64,000 nucleotides of DNA from Octopus bimaculoides (lineage: Eukaryota), in assembly GCF_001194135.2 (NCBI RefSeq), contig NC_068984.1, forward strand, positions 120,413,801 through 120,477,800. Direction: 5' to 3'. Within the stretch, counting starts at the first letter, position 1. The number at the start of each line of letters is the position of its first letter. Made by a program: the position numbers and the translations under genes. Under the pieces are notes generated by a model. That model was not told the origin of the DNA and did not search any database. It saw only the letters and a program-made list of their open reading frames with translations. Of this stretch, positions 25,906-40,149 are shown piece by piece.

Positions 25906-26518
25906 GTGGTGGTGGTGGTGGTGAGGAGGAGGAGACCCTATCGTACAGATTTAGTGAATTTTCTCAAATAATACCTTGCAGTAAACTAGAGACAGTGGGC
26001 TTTGGTTTCACCAAAATTAAAACCTACTCAGAAATGATTAGGACTTAAACTGCATTTCTAACATATCCTGTATTTTGGGAAGGTTTTATAATGAAGAAAT
26101 TAAGAAGCCTCTTGAGAATAGAAGAGCATTGAAAACAAAAAAAGAATTGAAGAATATTTGAGCATTTATATTGTGATGAAGGAAATTTTCATAATTGATA
26201 GAAAACACAGAAAGAATAAAACCAAAGTAGTAGAATTGCTGAAAGTCTAATCAGTAAGCTCAATGTTGTCATCAACTTTATATGGCTGTCTTGAGCAAAA
26301 AATATATTTAGCTAAGCTAAGAATGTAGCATTAAATATACATGTATCTGTGGTGTAATGGAAAAGAGCTATATCTAGTTCAAATCCAGCCAGAAATAAGA
26401 CAACTATGACAATTGAAGTGCAAATTGATCAAAACTTACATGTAGTTGTAATCATTTAAAAAAAAAAAAAGCATAATTTTTAAAGATGAGATGAAAAGAC
26501 CATTATACATACATATAT

Positions 26519-26815
26519 ATCCATATCTAGGAGATGGAGTCGATGAAATCCAGGCTACATATGTTTCCTAGCTAATACAACCTCAGAAGTAATAACTACC
26601 CAAATGAGGGGTGCTCTACTAGCTATTCTATCAAATCTCCTGCAAGTTAACATGGGATCTCTTGACAAGGTAACCTTCATTTGACTAAGGTAATTTTGGC
26701 CTGATGAATAGCTAGTGGAGTACCCCTCGTTTAGTTAATTAGTACTTCCGAGGTTCTGCTAGCTAGGAAACATATGTAGCCTGGATTTTATCTATGCCAT
26801 TCCCTAAATTTGGAT
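26519..26815. mobile_element. Foldback/palindromic MITE-like element
   Basis: Perfect 29-bp inverted match aaatccaggctacatatgtttcctagcta (26546-26574) with 26760-26788, plus further nested inverted arms. Confidence 0.8.
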
Positions 26816-27034
26816 TTTCACATACACAGCAACCCCAGTTGCTAACCGTGAATTATAAAATAACTTTTTTCAGCTTAATGAACTTCAATATGGGCAAAGT
26901 TTACAACCTTCTATATCAATAGACCACTATTGTTCCTAGAAAGTTGTTTTTTATACCTTCTACAGACTGCTTGAAGCTTACTAACTTCCTACACCCAGAT
27001 CCTTGGATCTTACCTTTACACACACATACATGCG

Positions 27035-27080
<46 letters not shown>

Positions 27081-28994
27081 TACATACATATGTGATTATA
27101 TTTTACTGACTATATTTCATTCATTCCAAACCTGTAATACATAAACATGAGATTAAAAGTGCATGGTTTAATATTTGATTTTTTGTCTCTTCTATTCCCT
27201 TTCCTTTACTTGTAGAATATCTATAAAATCTATTTTGCTAGCAAGTCAAAATAACTGTGCTTATTTTTCTTATTTTTCTGTTGCATTCTTTCATAAATTC
27301 TTCATCTCTAACGATACATTTATTCGATGTTATGTAAGTTCTGGCTACAGTATGAAAATTTGAATAAGAAAGAACAGCTATATTGTTGGAATGGAAATAT
27401 AAAAACTTGAAGCAAATGAACACATCCCTTTATCAAACTCATTCTTTAAAGATTACATATTCAATATATTTGTATGCAAGTCTTTCTCCTTGCATCTAAA
27501 AAGAGAGAAAAAAATGAAGAAATTTCCAATTGTGCTTCTCATTGTTGAATAATCCTGGTCAGCTCTTCAATGGTATTGGTTACCTCTTGAAGGCTTAGAA
27601 GCAAGGCTTTTCGCCACCTCTGCAAATTTCCTTTGTCATGTTTCAATTTGGTATGGATCACACTTATAGTTTCTCATGCTGTGGTTGCTCTCTAGGATAT
27701 AGAATGACAGTAAGAGTTTGTTTATTAGATATTCTTCTGGTCCAGTGGATCTTTTCTATCGTTGTTTGATCTGTTTAAATATAGCAAACCAAATTTCTAT
27801 AAAATCTCTACTGCCTTTAAAATGGGCAACCACACGATAGCTGAAAAATCTCAGTTTCTGTTAAAAATCCATATTGATTCAGATATATTCCAATGTATAA
27901 ATATTGAATTTTGCTTGAGAAGAGCTGGTTTTTAAATTTCCCATGGATGTCAGCGATTTAACTATTGCACTTGATATATGTAGTTTCCATAACTCTGGGT
28001 AAGCAAAAAACATTTACGATTAACAACCAAATCAGTAATGTGTGAACTATTTTCGGTTCTCAACTAGAAGTTATCACTAGTTATACTTTATTCATCTTCT
28101 TCAATAAAAACAAAACAATGATTTACTGTCTCATTCTCAGAAAAATAACCTGTTTGTTTTCTTTTTCTCTTTTGAATACTATTTGTAAAATGTTTATGAT
28201 TTCCATGGATTTCACAAATATCTTTAAAACTTGATTTTCTGCTTGCTGAAGGAATTGTTTGAGAACAGCATTGCATTTATTTACTCCTTTTATTTGTATG
28301 TTTTCCTGTTTAGCTTTCTTCTTTCATTCATTCTCAATTTCTTTTCTTTTTTCTTTTTTCTTTAAATATTTAGCTATGTGTAAAAGCTGTGAAGCTTGGA
28401 TAACATGTTCTTGATATATTATCTGCTGAGAAAATGTATGAGTCTAGATGTACCATTGATTATATATTAAAAGATGAAGCCCATTATTAATAATACAGTT
28501 CATGTAATGAATGAGTAAATAAGGAAATAAAATACTTAATAGTATGTAGATATATCAATAAAATTATATGTATTCTTTTTATTTTCATAGATTTATTTGT
28601 ATGCATGCATGTGTATGTATGTCTCTAAAAGAGAGAGAGAGATAGAGATAGAGAGAGAGAGAGAGAGAGAGATGAGAAGTGTATGTTTGAAACATGTGTT
28701 TCCATGTTTATATTTATAAGTTTTATATTTCATGTTTCCATGGTAGAATGAGTAGGCTGGTTTTACAAATTTTAATAGTTAGGAAAAGCGATTTTCCACT
28801 CAAATGCAAGTGGTGTGTTATTTATCTTCAATGTGCCTTGAGTAGGAGGAGAACAGCATTAATGCTTCTTGTAGGGTCAGATGTTGTTAGTGATCTATTA
28901 CTCTAAACCTTTCAGCCATCCTACATATAAATATATGTTTGTCTCTATAGTTTGTAAAAATACATCTATTTTGTAGTTATTTAATTAGCTGCAA

Positions 28995-29150
28995 CTATAG
29001 CTGTGTGGCTAAGAAGCTTGCTTTGCAACCATGTGGTTTTGGGTTCAGTCCTACTGCATTGTACTTTGGGCAACTGTCTTCAATTATAGTCCTGGGCTGA
29101 CAAATTCCTTGTCAGTGAATGTGAATGACAGAAACTATGTGGAAGCCTAT
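28995..29150 (+). mobile_element. Family A SINE 5' half
   Basis: gctgtgtggctaagaagcttgc...gggttcagtcc. Confidence 0.8.
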
Positions 29151-29830
29151 CTTATAATGTACATGTATCTTTGTGTTTTGACTTTTGAACAGGACACTTC
29201 ATTCTACATTTCTCAGTACATCTAGTGGTTGTCAGTAGGTACCAGTATACTGTCTGCAATAAACTGAACTAGTGTCTTAACCTGTGAAAAAAAAAATATC
29301 TGATTCTTTTTACCTTAGTAAATCAGATTGGAAATCTTAAACTTATGAACCCTTGTGGTTTATGAAGATATTGGATAATCTAACTTAATTTGTATAAATA
29401 TCTTGCTTGAAGATAATTTCATTGTAATAAGTTTTCATTCATTTAACCATTTTCTTACCATATTTCTGTTGAAATAATCTGTCTTTGTTTCAGTCAATTT
29501 TGAAAATGTCAAAGAATTTAGTAAAATAACTGTTGTTATTCAAACTGGTGTCTGGAATATAAAAGAACATGAAAAGTTTTGATGGAAGATTTTTATTGGT
29601 CACTTTAAAGCAGCGAGTTTAATCTCATTGAGTTAGGGATAGTGTCAGACCCTTTTGTATGAATTTAACCCTTTTGTATTTTTATACTGATTTATTGATA
29701 ATAATGAATTGCTTTGAACTTATTCTCTATTTTATGGTCAGATGTATTAATAAATTTGTTCTTGTTTGTTCAGGTAGGCCAAAGGTTTGGAGTATAATTC
29801 TTAAATTGTTTTTCACTCTTATCTATGTCC

Positions 29831-29865
<35 letters not shown>

Positions 29866-30255
29866 TATATATATCTGTTTTAATAAATAGTTAATTAACT
29901 TGGATTTTTAAAAATTATAATTCTGAAAACAATAATACTTTTGATTATTGAAAGTTTTTGATGACCTATAAGAATAATCTATGGTTTTTGGACTTTTATT
30001 TTACAATTAACTTTTAAAAGCTATTTTTCAATGTGCTTAATGATTCTCCTTTGTTATGTGCCATTGATATCACTTCTCTCCTGCAAAACTTGTGTGATAA
30101 AGTTTTGTGAGACTGAGGGATAATTTGTATCATTTATATAATTACATTGTTCTTGAATGATATTTCCTTCTATCTGAAATGTATATACATTTTTCTCAGA
30201 TAAAGTCTCTTACAAGCTGGAAGAAATTCAGAACATTTATATCTGAAAAGTATTT

Positions 30256-30292
<37 letters not shown>

Positions 30293-31225
30293 TAAAGAAT
30301 AAAAAAAAAAGCAAAATATTTATCCCATAACCTAATGGAAGAGAATCAATTTTATTTTAACATTTTGTGATCAGAACTGTCTGGAAATGGGTAATCAGCA
30401 CAATATTGATTTTAGTGCAAAGGAAGAAGCACTTTTATTAGTCAGGCTAAGACATTAGATGTGTAAGAGGAATAAAAGAGCTTGAATCAGAAAGTGAAAC
30501 TGGGCTGCATACTTAGTTGTTGGGAGCCATATATATTGTTCTCTTTGCATTGGTATTGTATATAGATGTGAAATATTCATGTTGAAAAGCTTTGCAGTAT
30601 CTAATGCAGAAAGAGACAGCAGTTAGATATTGAATTTATAATAGGAATCAAAAGAATAAACGGAGCAAAAATTACTGTACTGGCTGTGAATAATTATAGA
30701 AGTAGTAGTAGTAGTAGTAGTAGTGATAGAACTGTGAATAGCATACCACTAACTACTACAAATAGTTGATAGCATTTTTGAAAATATATGATGTAAATTG
30801 AGTAAGGAAATCTGATAACTACATTATAATTGCCCTAGTGGAGATTAACCAAAAAAACTAATTGAAGGAATTAATGTATATTAACTTCCAAGAGATGGGA
30901 GAAATATATATGAAGCTGTTGATAAGAATGATGATGTAATACATTTGGGTTTATGACTCACTTTGCATTTACAGCATTTGAAATGATGGTGATTGGTTCG
31001 TTTCAGATATAAATTTTGATATTGCATTTTGTCCTTTTTGTAAGGCATGTTATTCCTTTTGATCCAGACTTCCTTTTGAATTTTTGCAAAAGTTCAGATT
31101 TCAGATTTAGGGGGGAAAAAAGTGTATTGTCAAAAATATATGAAAAAGCTCTAACATGAATGACTGAAATTTTTGTTTTGACTCATTTTCATTGAAATAT
31201 TCAAATATTTGTGTGCGTGCGTTTT

Positions 31226-31466
31226 AACCTGTTGCCTATCTAAAGCATTTTCATAAATTTGTCCTAAATGTCCATGCTCGTTTTCAGACTTTTAATTAGC
31301 TTTTGTTTTATATGTTCTGAGGAGTGTAAAGCTTTCGTTTCCTAACTCCCAAATTATTCTGGTAGTTGAAAAAATTTGTAATGTGTATCATGTATGATGC
31401 ATGGACAGCTGGGAAATATGTCTTGCATATTCGCATATGATGCACAAGACAGACAAAAGGTTAAAA
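31226..31466. mobile_element. Degenerate TTAA-flanked MITE
   Basis: ttaacctgttgcctatct ... agacagacaaaaggttaa imperfect TIR. Confidence 0.45.
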
Positions 31467-31599
31467 TCCAGTTTCTTATCTAAAAATGACTGCATAAATG
31501 AATTTCAAGGTTTTTAATGACATATTTTATGATTTCATTTTCTCAGTCATCATCTGTTTCTTTACAATTGAGAAATTTTGAATTTTTCAGTAAATGGCA

Positions 31600-31985
31600 C
31601 AAGCATGGCTGTGTGGTTAAGAAGCTCATTTTGCAACCATATGGTTTCAGGTTCAGTCCCATTCTGTGGCACCTTGAACAGGTGTCTTCCACTATAGCCC
31701 CAAGCCAACCAATGCTTTGTGAATGAATTTGGTAAACAGAAACTGTGAAAGCCTGCCTTATACATTTACATATAAGTGTGTGTGTGTGTGTGTATCTTTG
31801 TGTCTGTGTTTGTTTCCACCACCACTTGACAACTGGTGTGTGTTTGTTTATGTCCGTGTAATTTTGCAGTTCAGCTAAAAAGATTAATAGAATAAGTAAC
31901 AATCTTGAAAAATTGAGTACTGGTGTTCGTTTGCTCAACTAAACCCTTCAAGTCCAGTGACTGAAGCAAGTAAAATATAAAGGTT
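31600..31985 (+). mobile_element. Family A SINE
   Basis: Head, internal (TG)n and tail gactgaagcaagtaaaa. Confidence 0.85.
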
Positions 31986-32604
31986 AAAATATACTGTTCC
32001 AGCTGATCTCATTTGGGAAATGCCTGTAAAGATGCTTATAGTCTCTTTAAATTGCAAAGAATAATTTTGGCAAGTTCCTTTTTAATACCTACCTGTAAGA
32101 TTATTATAATTTTGTGAGTAACCCGATGTTAGTGTATCCTGTACAGAATAATTTTTATTCATGTTCGCAGTTTCAGATTAGCTTTACTATTGTAGAAGAG
32201 CATATCCTAATTGGGGTTTCCTGGAACCCTACAGTTCTGTAATAGGTCATCAGGAGTTCTACAAGAAATACTAATAAATAGACTAATTATATGCAAAGGC
32301 ATTTTTAGTCATTTTTGTGTTTAATTCTATATTTGTAATGTCATTTTATTATACATGCATGGTACATTCCTTAAAGGAGGGAAATCCTGGCATCTGTAGC
32401 TTATAAGATGACTCTGCAGGGGTAACATGTCTTTTTAAAAGGAATTGTTCTTGCTTTAGAAAACAGTTGTAAACTTTCATTGTGACATTTGATGGATTTA
32501 GATTGCCAAACTTTTCAAAGACAGTTTTATGATTTGCTTAATCCCTTATAAAATTTAACTTTAAGCCCTTTAGCATTTAGATTAAGTTTATGCTAAATAC
32601 ATAG

Positions 32605-33030
32605 GTGTAGGCATGGCTGTGTGGTGAGAAGCTTGCTTCCTAACCCCATGGTTCGGGGTTCAGTTTAGCTGTGTGGCATCTTGGGCAAGTGTCTACTACT
32701 ATAGCCTTGGGCTGATCAAAGCCCTGTGAGTGAATTTGGTAGAGGGAAATTGGAAGAAGTTCATTGTGTGTGTATGTGTATATATATATATGTGTGTGTG
32801 TGTGTGTATATGTATGTGTATCTTTGTGTCTATTTGTTCCCCCCACCCCTGCTTGACAGCTGGTGATGGTGTCTTTACGACCCCGTGACTTAGCAGTTTG
32901 GCAACAGAGACCAATAGAATAAGTAACAAGCTTTTAAAAAATAAGTACTAGGGTTGATACATTCGACTAAAAATTCTTCAAGGCAGTGCCCCAGCATGGC
33001 TGAATCAATTAAATGATAAAAGATAACAGA
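32605..33030 (+). mobile_element. Family A SINE
   Basis: aggtgtaggcatggctgtgtgg head, internal microsatellite, aaggcagtgccccagcatggc tail. Confidence 0.88.
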
Positions 33031-33061
33031 AGATACAGTTTGTGTTAATTATAGTTTATAT

Positions 33062-33248
33062 CAGTGCTTTGTAACCTTTTTTCACTCACAGTACACTTAT
33101 ATTCTTTTCAAAATTCAGCAGTACACCTGAACTAAAAATATGACTAAAAGTATAGGGGAAAAAATTAATGTTCAAGTTACACTGCGGCACACCTAGCATT
33201 ATCTTGTGACACACTAGTGTGCCATGGCATACTGGTTGTGGAGCACTG
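33062..33248. mobile_element. hAT-like MITE with 8-bp TSD
   Basis: TIR cagtgctttgtaacc / ggttgtggagcactg; flanks gtttatat / gtttatgt (7/8 identical). Confidence 0.8.
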
Positions 33249-35347
33249 GTTTATGTTAATTGCATTTGTACTATATTGGACATCTTTTTCCTGGATTCAG
33301 TTCAGTTTATGAAGACTTCTTGGAAACTATAAGATGCTGGAGTTTTTTTTACAAACTCCATACAGACATCTTTACCTAAATAACTATTTAGCCCTACAGA
33401 CTTAATTTTATTATCAGCTTCTTCTTATACAAGTGCACAAAATGGCTGACACTACGTAATTGAGATGCCGAAAATGGGCAAACATTCAAAAACCTATATC
33501 ACTATGATAACTTGAGTGACAAAACTTGTTAATAGTTTTCCAATCAATGACTATGCTAAATTTAATCAAAATCAGAAATAGAAATAATGCCCATAAAACT
33601 TTTTAAATTGATTGCATAATAATTTTATTCCTAAATCTATAGAACAAATGTTATTTTTTTTAAGTTACTGCTTTCAAGCTTTTTTGTATTAATTTAGTTT
33701 GTTTTAGATGTTGATGTCAGCTTTTGTTTTAATCGGTTTGCTTCTCGTCAGCCTTGATTAAGCAGACCTATGATCAGAGGTTGTTCAGTCATGTCCATGC
33801 CATTTTTTTTATTTCATGCATTGCGTACTTAGGACTAGAGTATCCAATGCGTCCTTCATTTATAATAGGTTGTGATTTGAAGAAGATTTGGTTGTTATTT
33901 CTAGAGAATTTCTCAACCACATAAAAGCTCTTTTGTTGGCTATCATTTAAGCTGAACCCTGTTGTTAAAGCTCTATCTTATGATTTCTCTACAATATCCT
34001 CTGGTTTCTATTTAATATTACAGATTCTACTTTTCATTGTTTGTGTGTGTGTAATTTCATCAGTTTTGCAAAGTTTATCGTCCTTAAATTTTGTCAGAAA
34101 TGCCAAGAATACTATGGTAAACACGTTCTTAGGAAAACAAACGTATGGCATGATTAATGAATGGCAAATCTATTTTTGATTAGGGAATTTGTTAAATTCA
34201 ATGTTGAAACAGAAAAATATTTTTTTCTGATTTTGAAAAGGAAATGGTCGATAATTGTTGCTGTTTCCTTATGTAACTCTTAATGTTAAAAATAAAATAC
34301 ATTATCCAGAACAAATATATATCTTGCTGCAAAACAAGCAAGTATAATTAATGAAGCAGTCAGCCATGTCATCACATTTTTCTATATATTTTAAAAATTC
34401 TAACCAAATCTTTTTCAATGGACATTATCATACTAATAAATGTAATACATTTAACTATCACACGTACCTATAGATACGTATACATATATATTTTAGTGAC
34501 ATTACAATCATTGAGTGAAATAATGGCTTGTTAGTAAGTTATGGTTGGACTTGGGACATATATAACCAGAAACATTTCTCAACTAAGTGATCAAAGTGGC
34601 TTTTTGATCATGTCGTTTGAAATTGGCTTGTTATTGTTGAGTGGTTCTGATCAGCTTAGCTTGAGTAGATCTGTTACATAGATGGAGGTAAATTAAAGAA
34701 ATTGTTCAGTGTTCTGATGTAATCATCTTGCATTCAGTGTAGATATGTTGACCTTAAGGTTCAAAACACCTCCTTAGTGTTTAAAACACAAGGTCTCTAG
34801 CTTAAATATCATAGAGGATTTGGACAAGTTAAGCAACTATTGAGAAATTTCCTTTCTTGTTTTGTTTATGTTCTTTTTAAAATGCTAATAAGGGTTGTTA
34901 TAGCTTCTGAAATGATTTAATTTTGCAGGCTTCTGCTAGCAATGTCAGTACTTTGCCTTCTTAATCCTTTAACATTTGGATTATTCTGATAAATGTAATA
35001 CTTATTTCTTCATATTGCTTAGTATTACTCATGCTTTATCTCAGCTTCAGTGATATCATTTGTTTATTTTTAGAATGACATTGCAGGGTAGATGTGAGAA
35101 GCTGGATCTGACTGATTTGAACATAAAACAGTTAGAATATCTGGGCTTGATGTGGCTGGTTTAAATGCTAAATGGTTAGGTCAGTGGTTTTCAATGTTTT
35201 TGACTTTGTTAGCACACTGTTGATCAAGTAAAAGATTACAATTGTGTTTCATCTGGAGAGTAAAAAAGATTGACCAACGTACTTTGCATGGGAAGTAATT
35301 TAAAAAAGAAAACCAAACAAACTAAACTTTATATATATATATATATA

Positions 35348-35943
35348 TCATCATCGTTTAACGTCCGCTTTCCATGCTAGCATGGGTTGGACGATTTGAC
35401 TGAGGACTGGTGAAACCGGATGGCAACACCAGGCTCCAGTCTGATTTGGCAGAGTTTCTACAGCTGGATGCCCTTCCTAACGCCAACCACTCAGAGAGTG
35501 TAGTGGGTGCTTTTACGTGTCACCCGCACGAAAACGGCCACGCTCGAAATGGTGTCTTTTATGTGCCACCCGCACAAGCCNNNNNNNNNNNNNNNNNNNN
35601 NNNNNNNNNNNNNNNNAAGCCAGTCCAGGGGCACTGGCAACGATCTCGCTCGAAAATCCTACAGGAGCCAGTCAGGCGGTACTGGCAACGGCCACGCTCA
35701 AAATGGTGCATCTCATGTGCCAACCGCACAAGAACCAGTCCAGGGGCACTGGCAACGATCTTACTTGGCTTGCCGGGTCTTCTCACGCACAGCCCATTTC
35801 CAAAGGTCTCGGTCCGTAGTCATCGCCTCGGTGAGGCCCAATGTACGAAGGTCTTGCCTCACCACCTCAGCCCAGGTCTTCCTGGGCCTACCTCTTCCAC
35901 GGGTTCCCTCAACTGTTAGGGTGTGGCACTTTTTCACGCAGCT
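35348..35943 (-). mobile_element. Young RTE LINE 3' end inserted in (TA)n
   Basis: SCVKKCHTLTVEGTRGRGRPRKTWAEVVRQDLRTLGLTEAMTTDRDLWKWAVREKTRQAK*, tandem UTR units collapsed at an N gap, CpGs retained, (gat)n tail. Confidence 0.93.
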
Positions 35944-36928
35944 ATATATATATCTTAATACCAGAAACTATTGTTTATTTTCAAACTTATGTGGTTCCCT
36001 TAGTGGTTATAACTATTGCAAGGGAGATAATCATTTCATGATATGAGGCAGGATCTTGTTTTATCAATAATAATTGCAAGGATGGCTGTGTGGTTAAAAT
36101 GTTCCTTTTGCAACAACATAGCTCTGGGTTCAGTGCCATTGTTTGACATCTTGAACTCAGCAAGTCTTGTTAGGCAGAAACTAACAAAAGAAACAAAACA
36201 AAAAAAACAACTGTTTTATGTATGTATGTGTGTGTGTGTGTGTGTGTGAGCATTCATGTATGCATATGTGTGTATTTGTTTTGACATTGTGATAACTGTT
36301 GGCAAACATCACTGCCATACAACTGGTGTCTTCCATGAAAACATGTCTGGTCATGAGGAAACATTACTTTACTTCAACTAATTCTTGCGTAAATTCAAAA
36401 CCATTAGGAACATAAATTAAACATGAAATTTTGATGAAAGGTTTTAATTTAGATCATTCTAAAACAGTGCATTTGCATCTTAGAACCAGGGGCAGTCTCA
36501 GGTGGGTTAGTATCAAAAGGGTCAAATTGTTTAAGTTCCCAAATCCTGTCTGCGTGTTTTCTGTGAAGCTGGATAAGATGTACCATGAAATGTTTATTCT
36601 CATATGATCTATTTCTTAAATTAATTTTACAAAATTGCTTTCTATATTAATTGAACATTTGTTATAGAATGGTAGGTGGTAAGAATGTTGTTGAATTTGT
36701 TTCAAAGAAATAATGCATCAATAAGTAAGTAGATACCTGAAATCCATGAAGATTAGTAGTGGTCTGTATTAGCAAACATATTTGCTGGTAAATAAATAAT
36801 TTCTTTAAATTTAATTATTTTGTTAGATATTTTTCATTTCCATAATTGGTTAATTATTACATGCAGTGTTATTTAATATTCAACGTTTCATCTTTTCATG
36901 GAACAACTAAAAGTGTAATAATAATAAT

Positions 36929-36975
<47 letters not shown>

Positions 36976-38519
36976 TAATAATAAAGATAATAATTGTAAC
37001 ATCTTGGGAATATTAAAAATTGGGAGAAACCAATTTGAATTTTCTTTTCAATGCATGTTTAACTTTTCATTTTAAAATATACTGATAGCTGAGTATCCAC
37101 CTGTCCATAAATGTGTATCCATCTATGCATGTTGATATTCATATCATTTGCACATTGCCATTGTATGTTGTTAGATTTACCTTGGCAATAGAAAAATTAT
37201 CATTTTAAATACTAAATATATCACAATTGAAATTTTCCATTTATAACTTTTATTATTAATTATTTTGATATCAGCATGTAAACAATCTATGAAATGTTAG
37301 TTACTCTTCAGTATTTCATTTTTTAAAATTATTTTATTACTTATTACTACCACAGCTATTATTTGTGTGTTTCATATTTTCTCATTCTGTAAGACCTCTA
37401 CTGGAATAATGATGTTAAAACTTATTATGTATACACTGCATTTCTTTCAAATAATTTACAAAATAATGAAGAATTTAGTAAAATAACTTATGCATTATCA
37501 AGTTGGTGTTTGGAACATAAATTAATGCGAAATTTTGATAGAAAGCTTTAATTTAAATCACTTTAAAACAGGAAGTTTGTATCACAGAATTATAAACAAT
37601 CTCAGGCTGGTTGGTATCAAAAAAAGTTATAGGCTGTCATAGGTTCCATCATGCTTTGAAGATCATTCTGCAAGGTATATTATCTTATTCATCTTGTGTC
37701 AATTTCATTATAAATTAAATGATGACTCTTGTATCACAAATGGATTTGTTTTATTCTGGTGTAATTATGCTTGTTTCAGTTTATGCAAATATCTAATTTT
37801 CTTTGTTAGATATTAATCATTAGTCACAAAAATAAACAGGGAGTAAAAAAAAAAAAGAAAAAAAGAAAGGAAAAAGACCTCTGTTGTTAGGTAAACATAT
37901 AGCTAGAAGCAGAAATTGAATTTGTTGATCCTTTGTTTAATACTAAAATGTCAACTCACCTAGATTTTATACATTTTAAAAAGAAGTTTCCTTCAGTAAG
38001 ATATATTTAGTGGAATGGTGGAGAAATAACAAAAGATTCTATTCAAACACTGTATAAGAAATTGGGTTTTTAATCAAATATAGTTACTTTTAAATCATTA
38101 GTCCAATCTTAAAGATGTTTGGCATTGTTGAGGTTTATAGAAAGTTAGTGGCAACACATTTCATTTCCAGTTTAGCTTGTTTTTTACTTAGTCTTTCACA
38201 ATGTAATTTTCAGCTATAAACAGCAGCCTTTGGGTGAGCTCAAGTTTTGTAAAGCTTGTTTCCTTCAGTATAATACATGAATATGAATCTTTTGTAAAAG
38301 TCAAGTGTAGGAGTGAGAGAACCTAACAAATGATTAATTTCAGTGTCCATGTTAGTCTTTTGTCCTCAAGGAGTTTTAGTCAATTATAGCTACTCTGTTA
38401 TTTGTTTCATTTGAAGCTTATTTTATTGATCTCTGTTTGTCAAATTCCTGGGTAAAAATCATAAAATTAAGAAAAAAGTATATAAGAATTATAAAAATAA
38501 TACTCATAAAAATCTCTGA

Positions 38520-38875
38520 ATGCAGAAACTCACTTTGCAACCATGTGGTTTGGGGTTCAGTCCCACTGTGTGGCACCTTGAACAAATGTCTTCTACTATA
38601 GCCTCAGGCTGACCAAAGCCTTGTGAGTTGAATTGGTAGATGAAAACTCTGTGTAAGTCGATTGCATGTGTGTGTGTCTGAGTTAGTCCCTTCACATCAC
38701 TTGGTAACCAATGTTGGTTTATTTACACCCCCATAACTTTGCAGTTCAGCAGAAGAGACTGATAGAATAAGTAACAAACTAAAAAAAAAAAAAAGTACTG
38801 GAGCTAATCTGCTTGACTATGACTGCAGTCCAGTGACTGAGACAAGTAAAAGGATGAAAGACAGTCATTAAGAAT
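38520..38875 (+). mobile_element. Family A SINE
   Basis: ggggttcagtcccactgtgtggcaccttg core and gactgagacaagtaaaagg tail. Confidence 0.85.
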
Positions 38876-39509
38876 AAAACTATAAAACAAAAAATGAAGA
38901 AATTAAAAGAAACAAAAACAGAAAATATTCATTGTAAAGTAAAGGTTTTCAAAAACTTAAATAAAAACTGTATGAAAATATATAAATGATCTGAAGAATA
39001 ATAATATTTATTTATATATCTTCATGAAATTAGTGATTAGGCAAAGGTTGATGAGAGAGTCTAAAATAAAAGTAATAGACTTCAATGACACAAGATAATT
39101 GTTGATTGGACTAAACTTGGGCCAGTATTATTATTTTAAGGAAATTGTTTCCAGACTCGAGCTGCATTGTTATATTTTATTTATTTGTTGGTTGTTGTAG
39201 TCTGGAGAATGTTTGCAATGGCAGACATATTAAGTGCAGACGTTCAAGATTCAAGTTATAAACTCTGATGTCATTTGAAAATGTAAAATACAGAAAACTT
39301 TAGATAATTCCTTTATTTATTTATTTATTTATTTATTTAGTTACTATTCTAACTGTAAGGATGTTCATATAGTTGTTTAACCCCAGAGTAAAGAGTATGT
39401 CTTAAGCCCACCCCCCAATTTTTTCTCATGTTTGTATGTATGTGTATACATGTATGTATATATANNNNNNNNNNNNNNNNNNNNNNNNNNNNNNNNNNNN
39501 NNNNTATAT

Positions 39510-39901
39510 ATATCTTTTATCTTTACTTGTTTCAGTCATTGATCTGTGGCCATACTGAAAGCTAATTGATTCCATTACTTACTTTTAAAGCCTGCTACAT
39601 ATTCTAACATTCTCTCTGGGCAAACCACTAAGTTATGGAGGATGTAAACAAACCAGTACTGGTTGTCAAGGGAACAAACACATACACAAACATGCATGCA
39701 CATAGATGTATATATGTATGTATGTATGTATGTATCTATATTTATACTTTCATTTGTTTCAGTCATTTGACTGTGGCCATGCTGGAGCACTGCTTTTAGT
39801 CGAAATAGTAGAAAGCACTTGCCCAAGGTGCCACACAATGGGACTGAACCTAGGACCATGTGGTTGGTAAGCAAGCTACTTACCACACAGACATGCCTGC
39901 A

Positions 39902-39903
<2 letters not shown>
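39510..39903 (-). mobile_element. Family A SINE pieces (two tails plus head)
   Basis: acttgtttcagtcatt at about 39524 and ttgtttcagtcatttgac at about 39753, head ending cacagacatgcctgcacc. Confidence 0.8.
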
Positions 39904-39938
<35 letters not shown>

Positions 39939-40009
39939 CAAAGAATATATATACATGTACACACACACACATGTACACACCCACATCCACATGTGCACAC
40001 ACATGCACA

Positions 40010-40125
40010 CCAGGGCACAGGACGTCAGAACAACAAACCACAGACAACGGAACGAACACATAGGAAAACGGAAAGCCACCCAGAACATCCCCTCCACTCT
40101 ATCTAGACGTTTCGAAGACGAGACA
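40010..40125. mobile_element. CpG-rich short repeat, possible Penelope-like LTR fragment
   Basis: A/C-rich with gacgtttcgaag (the reverse complement contains cgaaacgt, typical of Penelope-like ends); embedded in (CA)/(TA) repeats; family assignment is inference. Confidence 0.35.
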
Positions 40126-40149
40126 ATATATATATATATATATATAAAT

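Noticed and set aside
27560-28005. Several microexon-like AG...GT segments (14, 15 and 88 nt)
   Set aside because: Expected by chance at this density; could not be joined into a consistent frame
32205-32255. Minus-strand CTGATGA...GAAAC
   Set aside because: Seven unpaired bases separate the hairpin from GAAA; more likely a MITE fragment
33430-33465. Possible start microexon aaaATGGCTGACACTAC/gtaatt
   Set aside because: Too short to support and no linked downstream exon found
35396-35420. CTGAGGA-ctggt-GAAAC hammerhead-like string
   Set aside because: Only 5 nt between core halves, no stem II; it is the antisense of the RTE tail
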